A program made the translations under genes and the position numbers. Below the pieces are notes generated by a model, which ran no database searches, was not told where the DNA came from, and saw nothing but the letters and a program-made list of their open reading frames with translations. Of a stretch of DNA of 64,000 bases, positions 49,457-59,950 are shown in pieces. This DNA comes from Nitrospirota bacterium. Lineage in GTDB: Bacteria; Nitrospirota; UBA9217. Within the stretch, counting starts at the first letter, position 1, and each line of letters begins with the position of its first letter. The stretch spans positions 256,001 through 320,000 of the forward strand of contig CAWCKW010000013.1 of the NCBI GenBank assembly GCA_963796285.1, in the 5' to 3' direction.

Positions 49457-50089
49457 ATGCAACCGGTAGAGAAAAAAGATTTTGACAAGGAAGCAGCACA
49501 GTGGGACGCAAACCCGGGCCGGGTGAAGCTCGCGAATGAGGTGGCCGCCGCGATCATCAGAGAGGCAATGCCTGCGAACAACATGGACGTGCTGGACTTC
49601 GGGTGCGGGACCGGCCTGGTCACGCTCAGATTGCAGCCTCTCGTCAGGACCATCGTTGGCGTGGACAGCTCACCAGGCATGCTTGGTGTACTGGAGGGCA
49701 AGATCAGGACACAGGGTCTCAAGAACGTCGAGACTCGGTTTGTCGATTTTGATAAGGGCGATCTCATCGAGGGCAGGTTTAATCTACTCGTAAGCAGCAT
49801 GACCCTGCACCATGTGCCGGACCCGGCAAGGCTCTTCAAACAATGGCACGATCTCCTTCTGCCGGGAGGGCTCCTATGCTTTGCCGATCTCGATGCTGAA
49901 GACGGATCGTTCCATGGCGACAACACCGGAGTGTTCCATCTGGGCTTTGACCGTGATCATCTGAATAAACTTCTTCTCACGGCCGGGTTTCGCGACATTC
50001 GTGATACGACGGCAACGACAATGATGCGGGACGTTGCGGGAAAAGGTGAAAAAGCTTTTCCGGTGTTTTTGATCGTTGCACGGAAATAG
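49457..50089 (+). CDS. Class I SAM-dependent methyltransferase
   Basis: LDFGCGTG, VDSSPGM, MTLHHV, EDGSFH. Confidence 0.92.
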   Translation: MQPVEKKDFDKEAAQWDANPGRVKLANEVAAAIIREAMPANNMDVLDFGCGTGLVTLRLQPLVRTIVGVDSSPGMLGVLEGKIRTQGLKNVETRFVDFDKGDLIEGRFNLLVSSMTLHHVPDPARLFKQWHDLLLPGGLLCFADLDAEDGSFHGDNTGVFHLGFDRDHLNKLLLTAGFRDIRDTTATTMMRDVAGKGEKAFPVFLIVARK

Positions 50090-50113
50090 AACTAAATATA
50101 TTCTTTACATCCC

Positions 50114-50170
50114 CTCATCCTGAGCTGGTCAAGGAATATGGTTGTCGTGGTTCGACAGGGTTACAACGAT
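50114..50170. repeat. Degenerate REP-like element
   Basis: CTCATCCTGAGCTGGTCAAGGA...GTGGTTCGACAGG. Confidence 0.35.
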
Positions 50171-50207
50171 CGGATGATATGATCACGAACGAATACTAAG
50201 CAAGCAT

Positions 50208-51308
50208 ATGCCCGCAACCATCATCTCTCAATTCTCTATACCCGGCATATTTATCAAGTCTGAGCGATTCGGCTCCGGCCTGATCAACGACACCTTCCTC
50301 TGTGAGTTCGACGACAACGGAGCGCTTCGCAAATACATCCTCCAGCGTATCAACTCGTCGGTATTTGCGCATCCTGATCAGGTGATGCACAATGTCGAGG
50401 CAGTGACTGCGCATATTGTCCAGCGGTTGCGTTTTGAGGGCGTCGTCGATCCGTATGCTATTACACCCGTGCTTATCACCACCCGGAGCGGACGATCGTT
50501 CTTTTTCGATGATAAAGGCGAATCCTGGCGGGCATTCCATTTCATCGACGCCGGCACGGTCTTCAATACGGTCCTGGACAGGAAGCATGCGTACGAGATC
50601 GGTCGTAGTGTCGGACGGTTCCAGTCTCTGGTTTCCGACCTGTCGCCGGATTCGTTGCACGATACGCTCCCGGGATTTCATTACACGCCGAACTATCTCT
50701 CCGAATATGACAAAGAACTGAAGGCTGATGTAAAAAAACGCGCTGCCGCGATCCTCGTTGAGAGGGAGTTCGTCTATCACAGACGGGCACTTGCTCCCGT
50801 GCTGACCGACCTCATCGCTTCGAAAGACCTCCCGCTCCGTATTGTGCACAACGATCCCAAGGTGAATAACATCATGATCCACAGGGAAACCGGGAAAGCA
50901 CTGTGTATGCTCGACCTGGATACCGTGAAGCCCGGGATCGTGCATTTCGATTTCGGCGACTGCGTTCGCTCCGCGGCAAACCGTGCGGGAGAGGATGCGA
51001 AAGACCTCGAATCGATAACCATCGACCTGGAGCTCTTTGAAGCTATCGCCGAAGGCTACTTCAGTGAAGCAGGCGCGTTCCTGACGAAAAGTGAGATCGC
51101 AATGCTGCCCGTTTCCGCTCAGGTGATCACCTTCGAACTTGGCCTCCGTTTCCTTGGCGACTATCTGCGCGGGGACTCCTATTTCAGGATAAAATATCCC
51201 ACCCACAATCTCCATCGCGCCCGGGTGCAGTTCAGGCTTCTCGAAAGCATCGAAAAGGCGCAGCAGCGAATGGCCTCGTGTATCATGCGGCTGTCGCCTT
51301 TTCGCTGA
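50208..51308 (+). CDS. APH/choline-kinase-like phosphotransferase (N-acetylhexosamine-kinase-like)
   Basis: GLINDT, YILQRIN, HNDPKVNN, DLDTVKPG, DFGDCVR. Confidence 0.85.
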   Translation: MPATIISQFSIPGIFIKSERFGSGLINDTFLCEFDDNGALRKYILQRINSSVFAHPDQVMHNVEAVTAHIVQRLRFEGVVDPYAITPVLITTRSGRSFFFDDKGESWRAFHFIDAGTVFNTVLDRKHAYEIGRSVGRFQSLVSDLSPDSLHDTLPGFHYTPNYLSEYDKELKADVKKRAAAILVEREFVYHRRALAPVLTDLIASKDLPLRIVHNDPKVNNIMIHRETGKALCMLDLDTVKPGIVHFDFGDCVRSAANRAGEDAKDLESITIDLELFEAIAEGYFSEAGAFLTKSEIAMLPVSAQVITFELGLRFLGDYLRGDSYFRIKYPTHNLHRARVQFRLLESIEKAQQRMASCIMRLSPFR

Positions 51309-51377
51309 TAATTCCACGTGCAAGAAATGTATGCTATAATTCCTCCATCAACTATCTCTTCGCGAAGGAGGATGATC

Positions 51378-51674
51378 ATGAATATTTTTAAACTTTTTGC
51401 AACGGCGGTCATAGCGATGTTTCTGTTTACCGGTTGTCTATATACGCATATTCTGATGCCCTATGACACGAACCTCGACAAAACCGTGCTGGGACAGAAG
51501 ACGGGCAAGGCAGTTATGTATTCTGTACTGGGACTTGTTGCCTGGGGTGACGCGAGCACGGCAGCGGCTGCCAAACAGGGCGGTCTCTCAACGGTGAACC
51601 ACATGGACAAGGAGTTCCTGAACATCGTCTTCGGCATCTATACCGAGACGACCACGATCGTGTATGGCGATTGA
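51378..51674 (+). CDS. TRL-like small lipoprotein
   Basis: Lipobox FTGC; LGLVAWGDAS...AAKQGG...TIVYG. Confidence 0.75.
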   Translation: MNIFKLFATAVIAMFLFTGCLYTHILMPYDTNLDKTVLGQKTGKAVMYSVLGLVAWGDASTAAAAKQGGLSTVNHMDKEFLNIVFGIYTETTTIVYGD

Positions 51675-51686
51675 CAGGGGGCGATC

Positions 51687-52001
51687 ATGAAGACAATGAG
51701 GATCGCAACACTTACTCTGATCGCGGTACTGCTGGTTTCGGGATGTATGTCCGGCGTTATTTACACGCACACATGGCAGCCCTTGACCGTTGATATGGAC
51801 CGTACCAGGGTCGTTTCGACAGGCGGGTCTGGGGATATCAAACATATTGCGATTTACATGGCGAGTGTGGCATGGGACAGCGCCGCGATCGGCGATATCG
51901 CGAAGAAACAAGGGCTCCACGAACTCTATTTTGCCGACCTGGAGACCTTCAGTATTCTGCGCATATGGAACCAGTACACCGTCCACGTGTACGGGCAGTG
52001 A
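51687..52001 (+). CDS. TRL-like small lipoprotein paralogue
   Basis: Lipobox VSGC; W...IAKKQG...VHVYG. Confidence 0.65.
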   Translation: MKTMRIATLTLIAVLLVSGCMSGVIYTHTWQPLTVDMDRTRVVSTGGSGDIKHIAIYMASVAWDSAAIGDIAKKQGLHELYFADLETFSILRIWNQYTVHVYGQ

Positions 52002-52238
52002 ACACGTTTAGCGTCACGAGGCAGCGAGGCGATGGCAATGCCATCACTTCGCTGTTTGAGGCATTGGTGGTAAAAACTAGCCTGCTGTGGATAGGAATTA
52101 TGGCACGAAGGGGAAATCGTCGAACCTGAAGTGAGTAAAAAGGCAGGGAATTACCGATCACGCAGGCGGGAGAAATAAGTTTAATATACGTATCGTTGCT
52201 TAACGGTGGTTTCCCTGATTTGTGTTGACTTATTACCG

Positions 52239-52520
52239 TTACAGCGGAAATCTTTTTTCCCGCGCAATGTTCCGCAGGACGATCATGGCATTGTGCAGAC
52301 GCTGAAGCTTCATGTTCCGACTTCTCAGGGCAGTCTGATCGGTGAAATCCGTCTTTTCGTTCCTTGTGCTGGTAAGCGCCTTGTTCAGGTGCTCGTTCAG
52401 CTCCTTGACCATGTCCTTGTCGAACTTTTTGAGGAAGAGCGGATTCACCGAGATGTAGCCTTCGGCCACGTCCACAGCCACCACCCGCATGCTCTTGCCT
52501 CTGAATCCGCCCTCTGCCAT
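52239..52520 (-). CDS. Hypothetical protein
   Basis: Open frame with normal composition, 11 bp downstream of the previous gene on the same strand. Confidence 0.65.
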   Translation of the reverse strand: MAEGGFRGKSMRVVAVDVAEGYISVNPLFLKKFDKDMVKELNEHLNKALTSTRNEKTDFTDQTALRSRNMKLQRLHNAMIVLRNIAREKRFPL

Positions 52521-52531
52521 AATAACTGCCC

Positions 52532-53089
52532 CTACTTTTTTATTTCAATGGATTTGATCGCATTATTCAGGAGGTCCTGTTTTGTCCGCATCCCCTCTAG
52601 ATGCTTCTTAATTTCATCTATGTCCGCCCCTTGTTGGATTTTTTCCCGGAGCGCCTCGATGTCCGCAAAGAGGTCCGCTGTGGTTTCCCGGATCAGAGCC
52701 TGAGAGCTCCTGCTGCAATCACACAGACGGGAGATGGTCGTGACCAGTTCCTTAAGCATAGGATCGTCCGAGTCCCGCAGCCGCAGGGAAATGTTGGTGT
52801 CTCCTACCGCTAAATGCTCGAGTGCCCTGCGTATCCGCCGCAGAGGACCGACGAAGGAGTGGGAATACATCGTGCCTGCAACGCCGATGAAGAATAAAAG
52901 GGTAATAAGGGCGATGGGGAGAAATACGGGAAGTTGCACGATCTCGGCGAGTTTCTGGAAAACCTTCAGCAGAACGGTGTAGACGCCTAGAATAACAAGG
53001 AGGAAAAGAATGAAGCGATACTGCGGGCCTGCTGCGCTCAGATAGCCCTTGCCCCTGCTTAACAAATGTCTCTTCCCGATCATCGGCAT
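52532..53089 (-). CDS. Two-TM HAMP/coiled-coil membrane protein
   Basis: SHSFVGPLRRI...LRDSD HAMP-like motif after two TM helices. Confidence 0.75.
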   Translation of the reverse strand: MPMIGKRHLLSRGKGYLSAAGPQYRFILFLLVILGVYTVLLKVFQKLAEIVQLPVFLPIALITLLFFIGVAGTMYSHSFVGPLRRIRRALEHLAVGDTNISLRLRDSDDPMLKELVTTISRLCDCSRSSQALIRETTADLFADIEALREKIQQGADIDEIKKHLEGMRTKQDLLNNAIKSIEIKK

Positions 53090-53277
53090 ACGCTCACAGC
53101 ACCTTTATCGATACTTCACACCACTGATGAGATTTCAAACAATCACAGCCTGCTCACTGCAACAATGGTCTGATTATACTGATAAATGTCCGGCCGGTCA
53201 AGGCCATATTTGGCGGCTCTCCCGGCCGGCGCGAATTACCCCTTGAAGAACGCACGGTACTATGGTAGTGTTTCTTC

Positions 53278-54267
53278 ATGCCGCTCTACGACCAGCACAA
53301 ACGACGCATCGACTATCTTCGCATTTCGGTCACCGACCGGTGCAACCTCTCCTGTGTCTACTGTAAGCCCCGGTCCGGAATGAAGGTACTGCGCCACAGT
53401 GAGATCCTCACCTACGAAGAGATTTGCCGCCTCGTTGCCCTTGCCGTACGGCTCGGGATCACCCGAGTGCGGGTGACCGGCGGCGAGCCCCTGGTCAGGC
53501 GCGGGATCATCGATTTCATAGCATCGCTATATTCCCAGGAAGGACTGGAGGACATCAGCATTACCACGAATGGTGTACTGCTTGAGGAAATGGCGGATGG
53601 CCTGATAAAGGCCGGAAAACCGCGGCTCAACATCAGCCTTGATTCGCTCAATCCGCACAAGTTCCGGACGATCACCGGCAGCGATAATTATGAGCAGGTA
53701 TGGCGCGGGATCAACCGGGCAGAGGAACTCGGTTTTTTCCCGCTCAAGATCAACATGGTGCCGGTACGAGGCATGAACGACAATGAGGTTGCAGACTTTG
53801 CGCGGCTTACACTCAACCGGCGGATTCACGTTCGCTTCATAGAATTCATGCCCATCGGCGCTGATGACCGCTGGCACAGGGAATCCTGCGTTCCAGCCAG
53901 CGAGATCCGGTCAGTCATCGAACGAGAGGTCGGCCCGCTCACGCCGTTCACCTCGGGGAACTCCGCAGGCCCGTCTGACAATTACCAGCTCCCTAATGCG
54001 CGCGGGGTGATCGGATTCATCAGCCCCATCACCCGGCATTTTTGCGGATCCTGCAGGCGCCTCCGCCTCACGGCGGACGGGAAGATCAGGCCCTGCCTGC
54101 TTTCGGACTCGGAGATCGACATAAAGTCGCCCTTGCGCGGAGGATGCGATGATGCTGAGCTGGAGAGGCTGTTCAGGCTCGCGCTCGAGATCAAGCCCGA
54201 CAGGCATTATATCAATGAAACCGGACCGGGTTGCTTCCAACGAACCATGTCGAGAATAGGAGGATAA
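53278..54267 (+). CDS. moaA: GTP 3',8-cyclase
   Basis: YLRISVTDRCNLSCVYC, TGGEP, FCGSCRRLR, C-terminal IGG. Confidence 0.97.
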   Translation: MPLYDQHKRRIDYLRISVTDRCNLSCVYCKPRSGMKVLRHSEILTYEEICRLVALAVRLGITRVRVTGGEPLVRRGIIDFIASLYSQEGLEDISITTNGVLLEEMADGLIKAGKPRLNISLDSLNPHKFRTITGSDNYEQVWRGINRAEELGFFPLKINMVPVRGMNDNEVADFARLTLNRRIHVRFIEFMPIGADDRWHRESCVPASEIRSVIEREVGPLTPFTSGNSAGPSDNYQLPNARGVIGFISPITRHFCGSCRRLRLTADGKIRPCLLSDSEIDIKSPLRGGCDDAELERLFRLALEIKPDRHYINETGPGCFQRTMSRIGG

Positions 54268-54273
54268 GAAGGA

Positions 54274-54368
54274 CAAATTCCAAATCCCAAACTCCAAGCA
54301 ACAAATAAGCACTGGTAACAAAACACCATGCTCCGGTTTGGTTATTGTAATTTGGTATTTGCGATTTG
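54274..54368. repeat. Inverted heptamer-array element (CAAATNN)
   Basis: CAAATTC CAAATCC CAAACTC CAAGCAA CAAATAA ... TTTGGTT ATTGTAA TTTGGTA TTTGCGA TTTG. Confidence 0.8.
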
Positions 54369-54383
54369 ATATTTCATTTAACT

Positions 54384-54863
54384 ATGTCTAAACTTACCCA
54401 TTTCGATAAAGAAGGCGCCGCGCGAATGGTGGACATTACCTCCAAAGATGAAACAGCCCGGGAAGCTGTGGCGGAAGGCCGCGTCTTCATGCAACCCGAG
54501 ACACTTGCGCTTATCCTCGACCGCAAGGTCGTCAAAGGCGACGTTTTTTCCGTGGCACGCATTGCAGGAATCATGGCCGCAAAAAAAACCCCGGACCTCA
54601 TCCCCCTCTGCCATCCCCTGAATGTCTCGTCCGTCAACATAGACTTCGAGCCGGACAAGGAACGGTCGTGCGTGCTGGTCCGCGCCACGGTCAGGATCTT
54701 CGGCAGGACCGGCGTGGAAATGGAGACGCTCGTAGCGGTCGCCGCAGCGGCGCTCACGATCTACGATATGTGCAAATCGACGGATCGCTCGATGACCATT
54801 TCAGATATCCGGCTGATGAAAAAATCAGGCGGCAAGAGTGGGACGTTTGAGAGAATAAAATGA
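54384..54863 (+). CDS. moaC: Cyclic pyranopterin monophosphate synthase
   Basis: LTHFD, ARMVD, LIPLCH, TGVEME, YDMCK, GGKSG. Confidence 0.97.
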   Translation: MSKLTHFDKEGAARMVDITSKDETAREAVAEGRVFMQPETLALILDRKVVKGDVFSVARIAGIMAAKKTPDLIPLCHPLNVSSVNIDFEPDKERSCVLVRATVRIFGRTGVEMETLVAVAAAALTIYDMCKSTDRSMTISDIRLMKKSGGKSGTFERIK

Positions 54864-55203
54864 CGGGACTACAGGGAATCCTGTGGGCAAAGACAATGCA
54901 TCGTGCATAATTACAACGGCACCGGAAGCCGTTCTATCGAATTCAAGCATTTTGTGCAGATTTCGGAAGATAGAGCGGCAAATCATTCCGCTGCATTCCA
55001 ACCGACAATCCCGGGTAATCTTCCACACAGCGACCTCCTGAAATCGTACTTATGCTGGGCTGTATATACTTTAATCCGATATCGGAGTCGTTCCCAAAAA
55101 CATAGTCGCAGACACTCGTCAAGACATGGCTTTTTGCCCTTGACAACATCCTGCCAATGGGTGACCCATGATGTATTCCGGGGACAAGTCTTCCTGACTA
55201 ATG

Positions 55204-55234
55204 AAAAGCCCGCTCCAGGTGAGAGCGGGCTTTC
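55204..55234 (-). terminator. Intrinsic terminator after the bactofilin gene
   Basis: AAAGCCCGCTC/GAGCGGGCTTT stem. Confidence 0.8.
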
Positions 55235-55287
55235 GTTCGGGAAAAGGTAAAGCTCGGAGCATCGCAATGCCTTAGCTGCTCATGCTC

Positions 55288-55908
55288 CTAAGACTTAAAG
55301 AAGCCTTTCTTCGGTTTCGGCTCCTTATACATGAAGAAACTCTTATTCGGCTTCGGCTCCTCTTTTTGTTCGGGTTTTTGTTCCGGCCCGGGCAACCGTA
55401 CCGCTTCGGCACCATCACGAGTGATTTTGCCTTCCATCTTCGCTCCCTTTTGAATGTAGAGCGCCTCCTTGTACAAAACCTCCCCCTTGCCTCGCGCTGC
55501 GGCCCCGAGCTCCACCTCGTTGCTCTCAAGGCTGCCGGTGAACTCGCCGTTGATATGGATCTTGTCTTTTGCCTGAATCTTGCCGCCGAGAAACTTGCCG
55601 GTCACCTTCACGTACCCTCCGGCGCTGATATTCCCTCCGCTCATTTCGCCGTCGATCTCGACGCTGCCGCCCTTGGCATCGATGTCCCCCTTGTAAGTCC
55701 CTTTGATGAAGATGCTGGCATTGTTCTCGGCAGTGATATTCCCCTCGAGGTCGCCGTTCATCTGAAGGTCCTGGCTGACGACCATGTTGCCCGTAACCTT
55801 GCTTCCCTTGCATATCGTGTTAATTCCCTGCTCGTCGGTTTTAACCGCGCTCGCCAAGACATTCTTCTCCGCTACATTGACCTCGATCATCTCTTCCTGT
55901 TTTAGCAT
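55288..55908 (-). CDS. Bactofilin (polymer-forming cytoskeletal) family protein with an extended beta-helix
   Basis: TICKGSKVTGN..., repeated xIxGx(F/M)xG units, IQKGAKMEG. Confidence 0.8.
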   Translation of the reverse strand: MLKQEEMIEVNVAEKNVLASAVKTDEQGINTICKGSKVTGNMVVSQDLQMNGDLEGNITAENNASIFIKGTYKGDIDAKGGSVEIDGEMSGGNISAGGYVKVTGKFLGGKIQAKDKIHINGEFTGSLESNEVELGAAARGKGEVLYKEALYIQKGAKMEGKITRDGAEAVRLPGPEQKPEQKEEPKPNKSFFMYKEPKPKKGFFKS

Positions 55909-56335
55909 CTTTTGTCCTCCGATATCCGTATTCGAATGGACGGCCGGTTACGCCGCCATATCGTGCCAGCCTGCGTCTTACAAGGAACCTGCCTGTTCGT
56001 TCAGGGTAATTGTATCCGATTGAATGAAAATAGTCTGTGATCAATATCACCTTGCGGATCCTCTTAATTTCGTAGCTGCATGGTTTATCCCTCGTTGAAA
56101 TGACTGGCGGCTTTTTTTGAGCACTCCATCGCTCTTCTCTCCTATTTGCTACTCTATCATTGAGACTGCCTGTTGACTTTGTTGCCTGCGATATATCCCG
56201 GCTAAGCTTACCCTCAAACGTAACAAGGCAAGCCATTCGGCCTGCCTTGTTTGATCATACTATCTATCGTCAGTTTTCCCGTTTCTTCGGACCCAAACCT
56301 CTCCGAACCGAAACCGAGTCTGCCTGTCCGAAACC

Positions 56336-57544
56336 CTACTTCCCTTTTTGCCCAGTCTTCGTCTTCAGCATTTCTCCCAGTGTCCCCATGGTCTGCGGCT
56401 CTTCCGTCACCTGCTGTTTGTACTCCTTCAGGGTTTCGGCTTCCTCTTCCTCTGCTCGTCTGATCTCCGCCAGGACAAGCGAAATCTTTCTCTGTGCCCG
56501 GTCAACCGCTTCCACCTGCACCTCGACGCTCTGTCCTTCTTTCAGCACCTCCCGGGGATGGTTGATCCTTCTGCCTGCGCCCATCTTCGAAATATGGATG
56601 AGTCCGTCCACACCCTCCTTCAGGGTAACGAACGCACCGAAAGCTGCAAGTCGGGAGACGATCCCGGTGTGGTAAGATCCGACGAGAAAGGCGTCCGAAA
56701 CAAGGTCCCACGGATCCGGCAGCGTGTCTTTCAGGCTGAACGAGAATCGATCGCTCTCCCAATCCAGCTTCTTGATGATCACTTCGACTTCCTGGCCGAC
56801 CGAGAGAAGGTCGCCGACATTCTCGGTCCTGGTCCAGGCGATCTCGGAAACAGGAAGCAGTCCTTCCACACCGCCGATATCCACAAACGCACCGAACTTC
56901 TGAATAGAGGTCACCTTCCCCCTTACCTTCGCGCCCTCTTGAAGCGTTTTTTTCAATTCCTCTTTTCTGTCCCGTTTCTCCTGGTCCAGGATGGCCCTCC
57001 GGGAAAGAACGATGTTCCTTCCGCCTTCTTCGTATTCGGCAATATTGAACGGGAGGGTTTTGCCGATGAACTCGGCCTGGTTTTCGTTCCGTCGCATTCC
57101 CGTCTGGGAAAAGGGGCAAAAGGCGCGCACGCTTCCTCCGAGCTTGACCTCAAAGCCGCCCTTCACTTCCTTCACGATCGTTCCATCCACCGGCAACTTG
57201 TTCCTCCAGGCATCTTCAAACTGGCTCTGCTTGCCCGGACCCGATCCGATCTTGGTCGTAAAATGCATTTCATTATTTTCCGAGGACAGAAAATAAGCGC
57301 GGACCCGATCACCTTCTTTAACTTTCAAGTTCCCGGTCTCATCGAGCATCTCTTTTTTCTCGAGATAGCCCTCACCCTTGCCGCCGAGATCGAGGAAAAT
57401 CCAGTCCCCCGATATCTTGACAATGATGGTTTCGACCATCTGTCCGGCTTCAAGCCTGCTACGCTGCACAAAGCTCTTTTCGAACATTTCCGCGAAGCTC
57501 TCTTCGCCGCTTGCTGCGTCTGCTGCCTGATTATCGGTATCCAT
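56336..57544 (-). CDS. rpsA: Ribosomal protein S1-like protein with four S1 domains
   Basis: AFCPFSQ, FGAFVDIGGVEGLLPVSEI, FGAFVTLKEGVDGLIHIS. Confidence 0.85.
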   Translation of the reverse strand: MDTDNQAADAASGEESFAEMFEKSFVQRSRLEAGQMVETIIVKISGDWIFLDLGGKGEGYLEKKEMLDETGNLKVKEGDRVRAYFLSSENNEMHFTTKIGSGPGKQSQFEDAWRNKLPVDGTIVKEVKGGFEVKLGGSVRAFCPFSQTGMRRNENQAEFIGKTLPFNIAEYEEGGRNIVLSRRAILDQEKRDRKEELKKTLQEGAKVRGKVTSIQKFGAFVDIGGVEGLLPVSEIAWTRTENVGDLLSVGQEVEVIIKKLDWESDRFSFSLKDTLPDPWDLVSDAFLVGSYHTGIVSRLAAFGAFVTLKEGVDGLIHISKMGAGRRINHPREVLKEGQSVEVQVEAVDRAQRKISLVLAEIRRAEEEEAETLKEYKQQVTEEPQTMGTLGEMLKTKTGQKGK

Positions 57545-57647
57545 AAAGTCCCCTTGTACTATTATTTTTTCTTCTCGAAGATATCTCAGATTTCGTGGAT
57601 TTTCTCTGCGTCAATCCGTGGTTCGATGGTTCGTGCTTTTTTCCACA

Positions 57648-59006
57648 TCACCGGCTGTACCTATCTTGTCTCCCTGGTTGCATACTCCCGTCTTCTGCTT
57701 TTCCCATCAGATCATACTCCGTAGCATCGGTGATCGTCGCCTCGACGAAATCGCCGGGCCTGGCCTCGGTCTCTGATAGATATACCACACCGTCGATCTC
57801 AGGCGCCTGGGTCTGAAGCCTGCCGATGAGCGCCAGGTCCTCCATGCCGTCAATGAGCACGCGCTGGCTCGTTCCGATTAGCGCCTTGTTCTTCCTCAGC
57901 GATATCTTCGCCTGGGCCTTCATGATCCTGTCGAGCCGATCTGCCGCAAGCGCTGCCGGGACCTGCGATTTCAGTTCAAAAGCTGCCGTACCTTCTTCAG
58001 GTGAATAGGTGAACACGCCGAGATGCTCGAATTCCACTTCCTTGATGAACGATAGCAGCCGCTTGAACGCGGCATCGGTCTCGCCGGGGAAACCGACAAT
58101 AAGCGACGTGCGGAGCGCGATGCCGGGCACCCGCTTTCTGAGTTGCTCGATGGTCTTCCGAATCTCTTCCGGCGTCCCGCGCCGGTTCATTGCCGCAAGC
58201 ACCTTTTCGTCAAAGTGCTGGATCGGGATGTCGAGATACTTGCAAATCTTCTCTTCCTCCGCCATGACCGACATCAGCGCAGTGCTGATCCTGCCGGGAT
58301 AGGCGTACATCAGGCGCACCCATACGATACCGTTAATGTTCGTCAGTGCTTTCAGGAGTATCGGGAGATCCGTTTCCCCGTCCCGGTAAGCGGTGGAATC
58401 CTGGGCCAGGAGGATGAGCTCTTTCGCTCCATCGTCGGCAAGCCTCCGCGCCTCATCCAGGATGGACTCGCTGGGCCGGCTGGTGAAGTTCCCGCGGATA
58501 ATGGGAATGGCGCAGAACGAACATCGGTTGCTGCATCCCTCGGCGATCTTGAGGTAGCGGTAGTGGGCCGGCGTGGTGCTGACGCGAGGAAGGCCATAGA
58601 CCATCGCCGGCGCGGATATTTTCAACAGACGCTCTTTGCCCGAGAGAGCCTCTTCGCAGATCTCGCTGATCCGGCTGATCTCTCCGGTGCCGATCACGAC
58701 ATCGGCCTCGGGAAGCTCCTGTAACAGGTCCTCTTTATACCGCTGGGCAAGGCAGCCCGCGATGATGACCTTCGAGCATTTCCCCTGTTGTTTCATTCTC
58801 GCGGCCTCGAAGATCGCTTCGATGGATTCTTCCTTGGCCGATTCAATGAACCCGCAGGTGTTCACCACGATCACGTCCGCCTCGGTCTGCTCGGAAGTTA
58901 TTTCGAAACCGGACCCGGCGAGCATGCCGAGCATCTGCTCGGCATCCACCTGGTTCTTGGGACAGCCGAGGCTGACCATTCCTATTTTATATGGTTTCTT
59001 TGTCAC
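57648..59006 (-). CDS. rimO: Ribosomal protein S12 methylthiotransferase
   Basis: SLGCPKN, NTCGFI, KIAEGCSNRCSFC, QAPEIDG, TRAM domain. Confidence 0.96.
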   Translation of the reverse strand: MTKKPYKIGMVSLGCPKNQVDAEQMLGMLAGSGFEITSEQTEADVIVVNTCGFIESAKEESIEAIFEAARMKQQGKCSKVIIAGCLAQRYKEDLLQELPEADVVIGTGEISRISEICEEALSGKERLLKISAPAMVYGLPRVSTTPAHYRYLKIAEGCSNRCSFCAIPIIRGNFTSRPSESILDEARRLADDGAKELILLAQDSTAYRDGETDLPILLKALTNINGIVWVRLMYAYPGRISTALMSVMAEEEKICKYLDIPIQHFDEKVLAAMNRRGTPEEIRKTIEQLRKRVPGIALRTSLIVGFPGETDAAFKRLLSFIKEVEFEHLGVFTYSPEEGTAAFELKSQVPAALAADRLDRIMKAQAKISLRKNKALIGTSQRVLIDGMEDLALIGRLQTQAPEIDGVVYLSETEARPGDFVEATITDATEYDLMGKAEDGSMQPGRQDRYSR

Positions 59007-59106
59007 GGATCTGAAGATGCACGAAAGCGCAGATAAACTCAAACAGGAGCGATTACTGCGGCGACGACACTATACCACTCGGCGCCGGCGCGGACAATGG
59101 AAAAAA

Positions 59107-59565
59107 CTAAAACCCGACGCTCAAGGCCAGAAAACCCGCCATTTTTTCATTGGTCTCCCGCAAACGCTTCGAAAGAGTCTCCGTGAATGTCCAGAGCAGC
59201 TTAAACCCGAGTTCATGGTCCATGTTCAGTACATAGTCCAATTCCGTTTTGTCGATCGCAAGGACCTCGATGTCTGTGTTGGCGATGGCATGCGCAGAGC
59301 GGGGGAAATTATCGATCAAGGCCATCTCGCCGAAATAGTCGCCCGCCTTCAGTACCGCCAGGGCCTCCTCGCCGATGTTCGGAATGAACTTGCTGATGCG
59401 CACCGCCCCCTTGGTGAGGAGATAACACCGGTTGCCGAGGTCGCCTTCGTGGAACAAAATCGCGTCCTTGGCGTGCGTTTCCATAATGCAGATATCCTGG
59501 ATTTTTTCCAGTTCCCGCTCAGTGAGAGTATCGAACAGGTGTATTTTCCTGAGAAGTTCTCTCAT
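59107..59565 (-). CDS. Stand-alone cyclic-nucleotide-binding domain protein
   Basis: LFHEGD, GDYFGEMAL, PRSA; no HTH. Confidence 0.88.
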   Translation of the reverse strand: MRELLRKIHLFDTLTERELEKIQDICIMETHAKDAILFHEGDLGNRCYLLTKGAVRISKFIPNIGEEALAVLKAGDYFGEMALIDNFPRSAHAIANTDIEVLAIDKTELDYVLNMDHELGFKLLWTFTETLSKRLRETNEKMAGFLALSVGF

Positions 59566-59575
59566 ATTCCCTCCG

Positions 59576-59950
59576 CTACAGGTGCGTACGGTCCATCTCG
59601 AATGCGTTCTTGATGAGTTCCACTTCTTTTTCCGCTGCCGTGGTGATAGCCACCACATCGAACCTGCACGGGACCTGGTGGAGCTTCTTATATTTGATAT
59701 ACCCGAGCGCCGCCTTGACCATCCGCTGCTGCTTCCGGGGATTGACCGCAAGTTCCGGCGCGCCAAAGGCGCTACTCGTTCTCGTTTTTACCTCAACAAA
59801 CACCACAGCTCCGTCATGCAGGGCGATAAGATCGATCTCGCCGCTTCGGGTACGGTAGTTCCGTTCTATGATCCGATATCCCTGTTTCATCAGAAACCGT
59901 GCGGCCTGGTCCTCGCCTTCCTTGCCGAGAAGCTTTGTTAGCAGGCTCAA
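59576..59950 (-). CDS. yraN: YraN/UPF0102 family protein
   Basis: GKEGE, ERNYR, GEIDLIA, FVEVKTR, RFDVV. Confidence 0.92.
   Translation of the reverse strand: MSLLTKLLGKEGEDQAARFLMKQGYRIIERNYRTRSGEIDLIALHDGAVVFVEVKTRTSSAFGAPELAVNPRKQQRMVKAALGYIKYKKLHQVPCRFDVVAITTAAEKEVELIKNAFEMDRTHL

Noticed and set aside
55953-55970. Sigma-54-like TGGCACG upstream of the bactofilin gene
   Set aside because: The GC is one base too close and lacks the TTGC context; -24/-12 spacing is strict.
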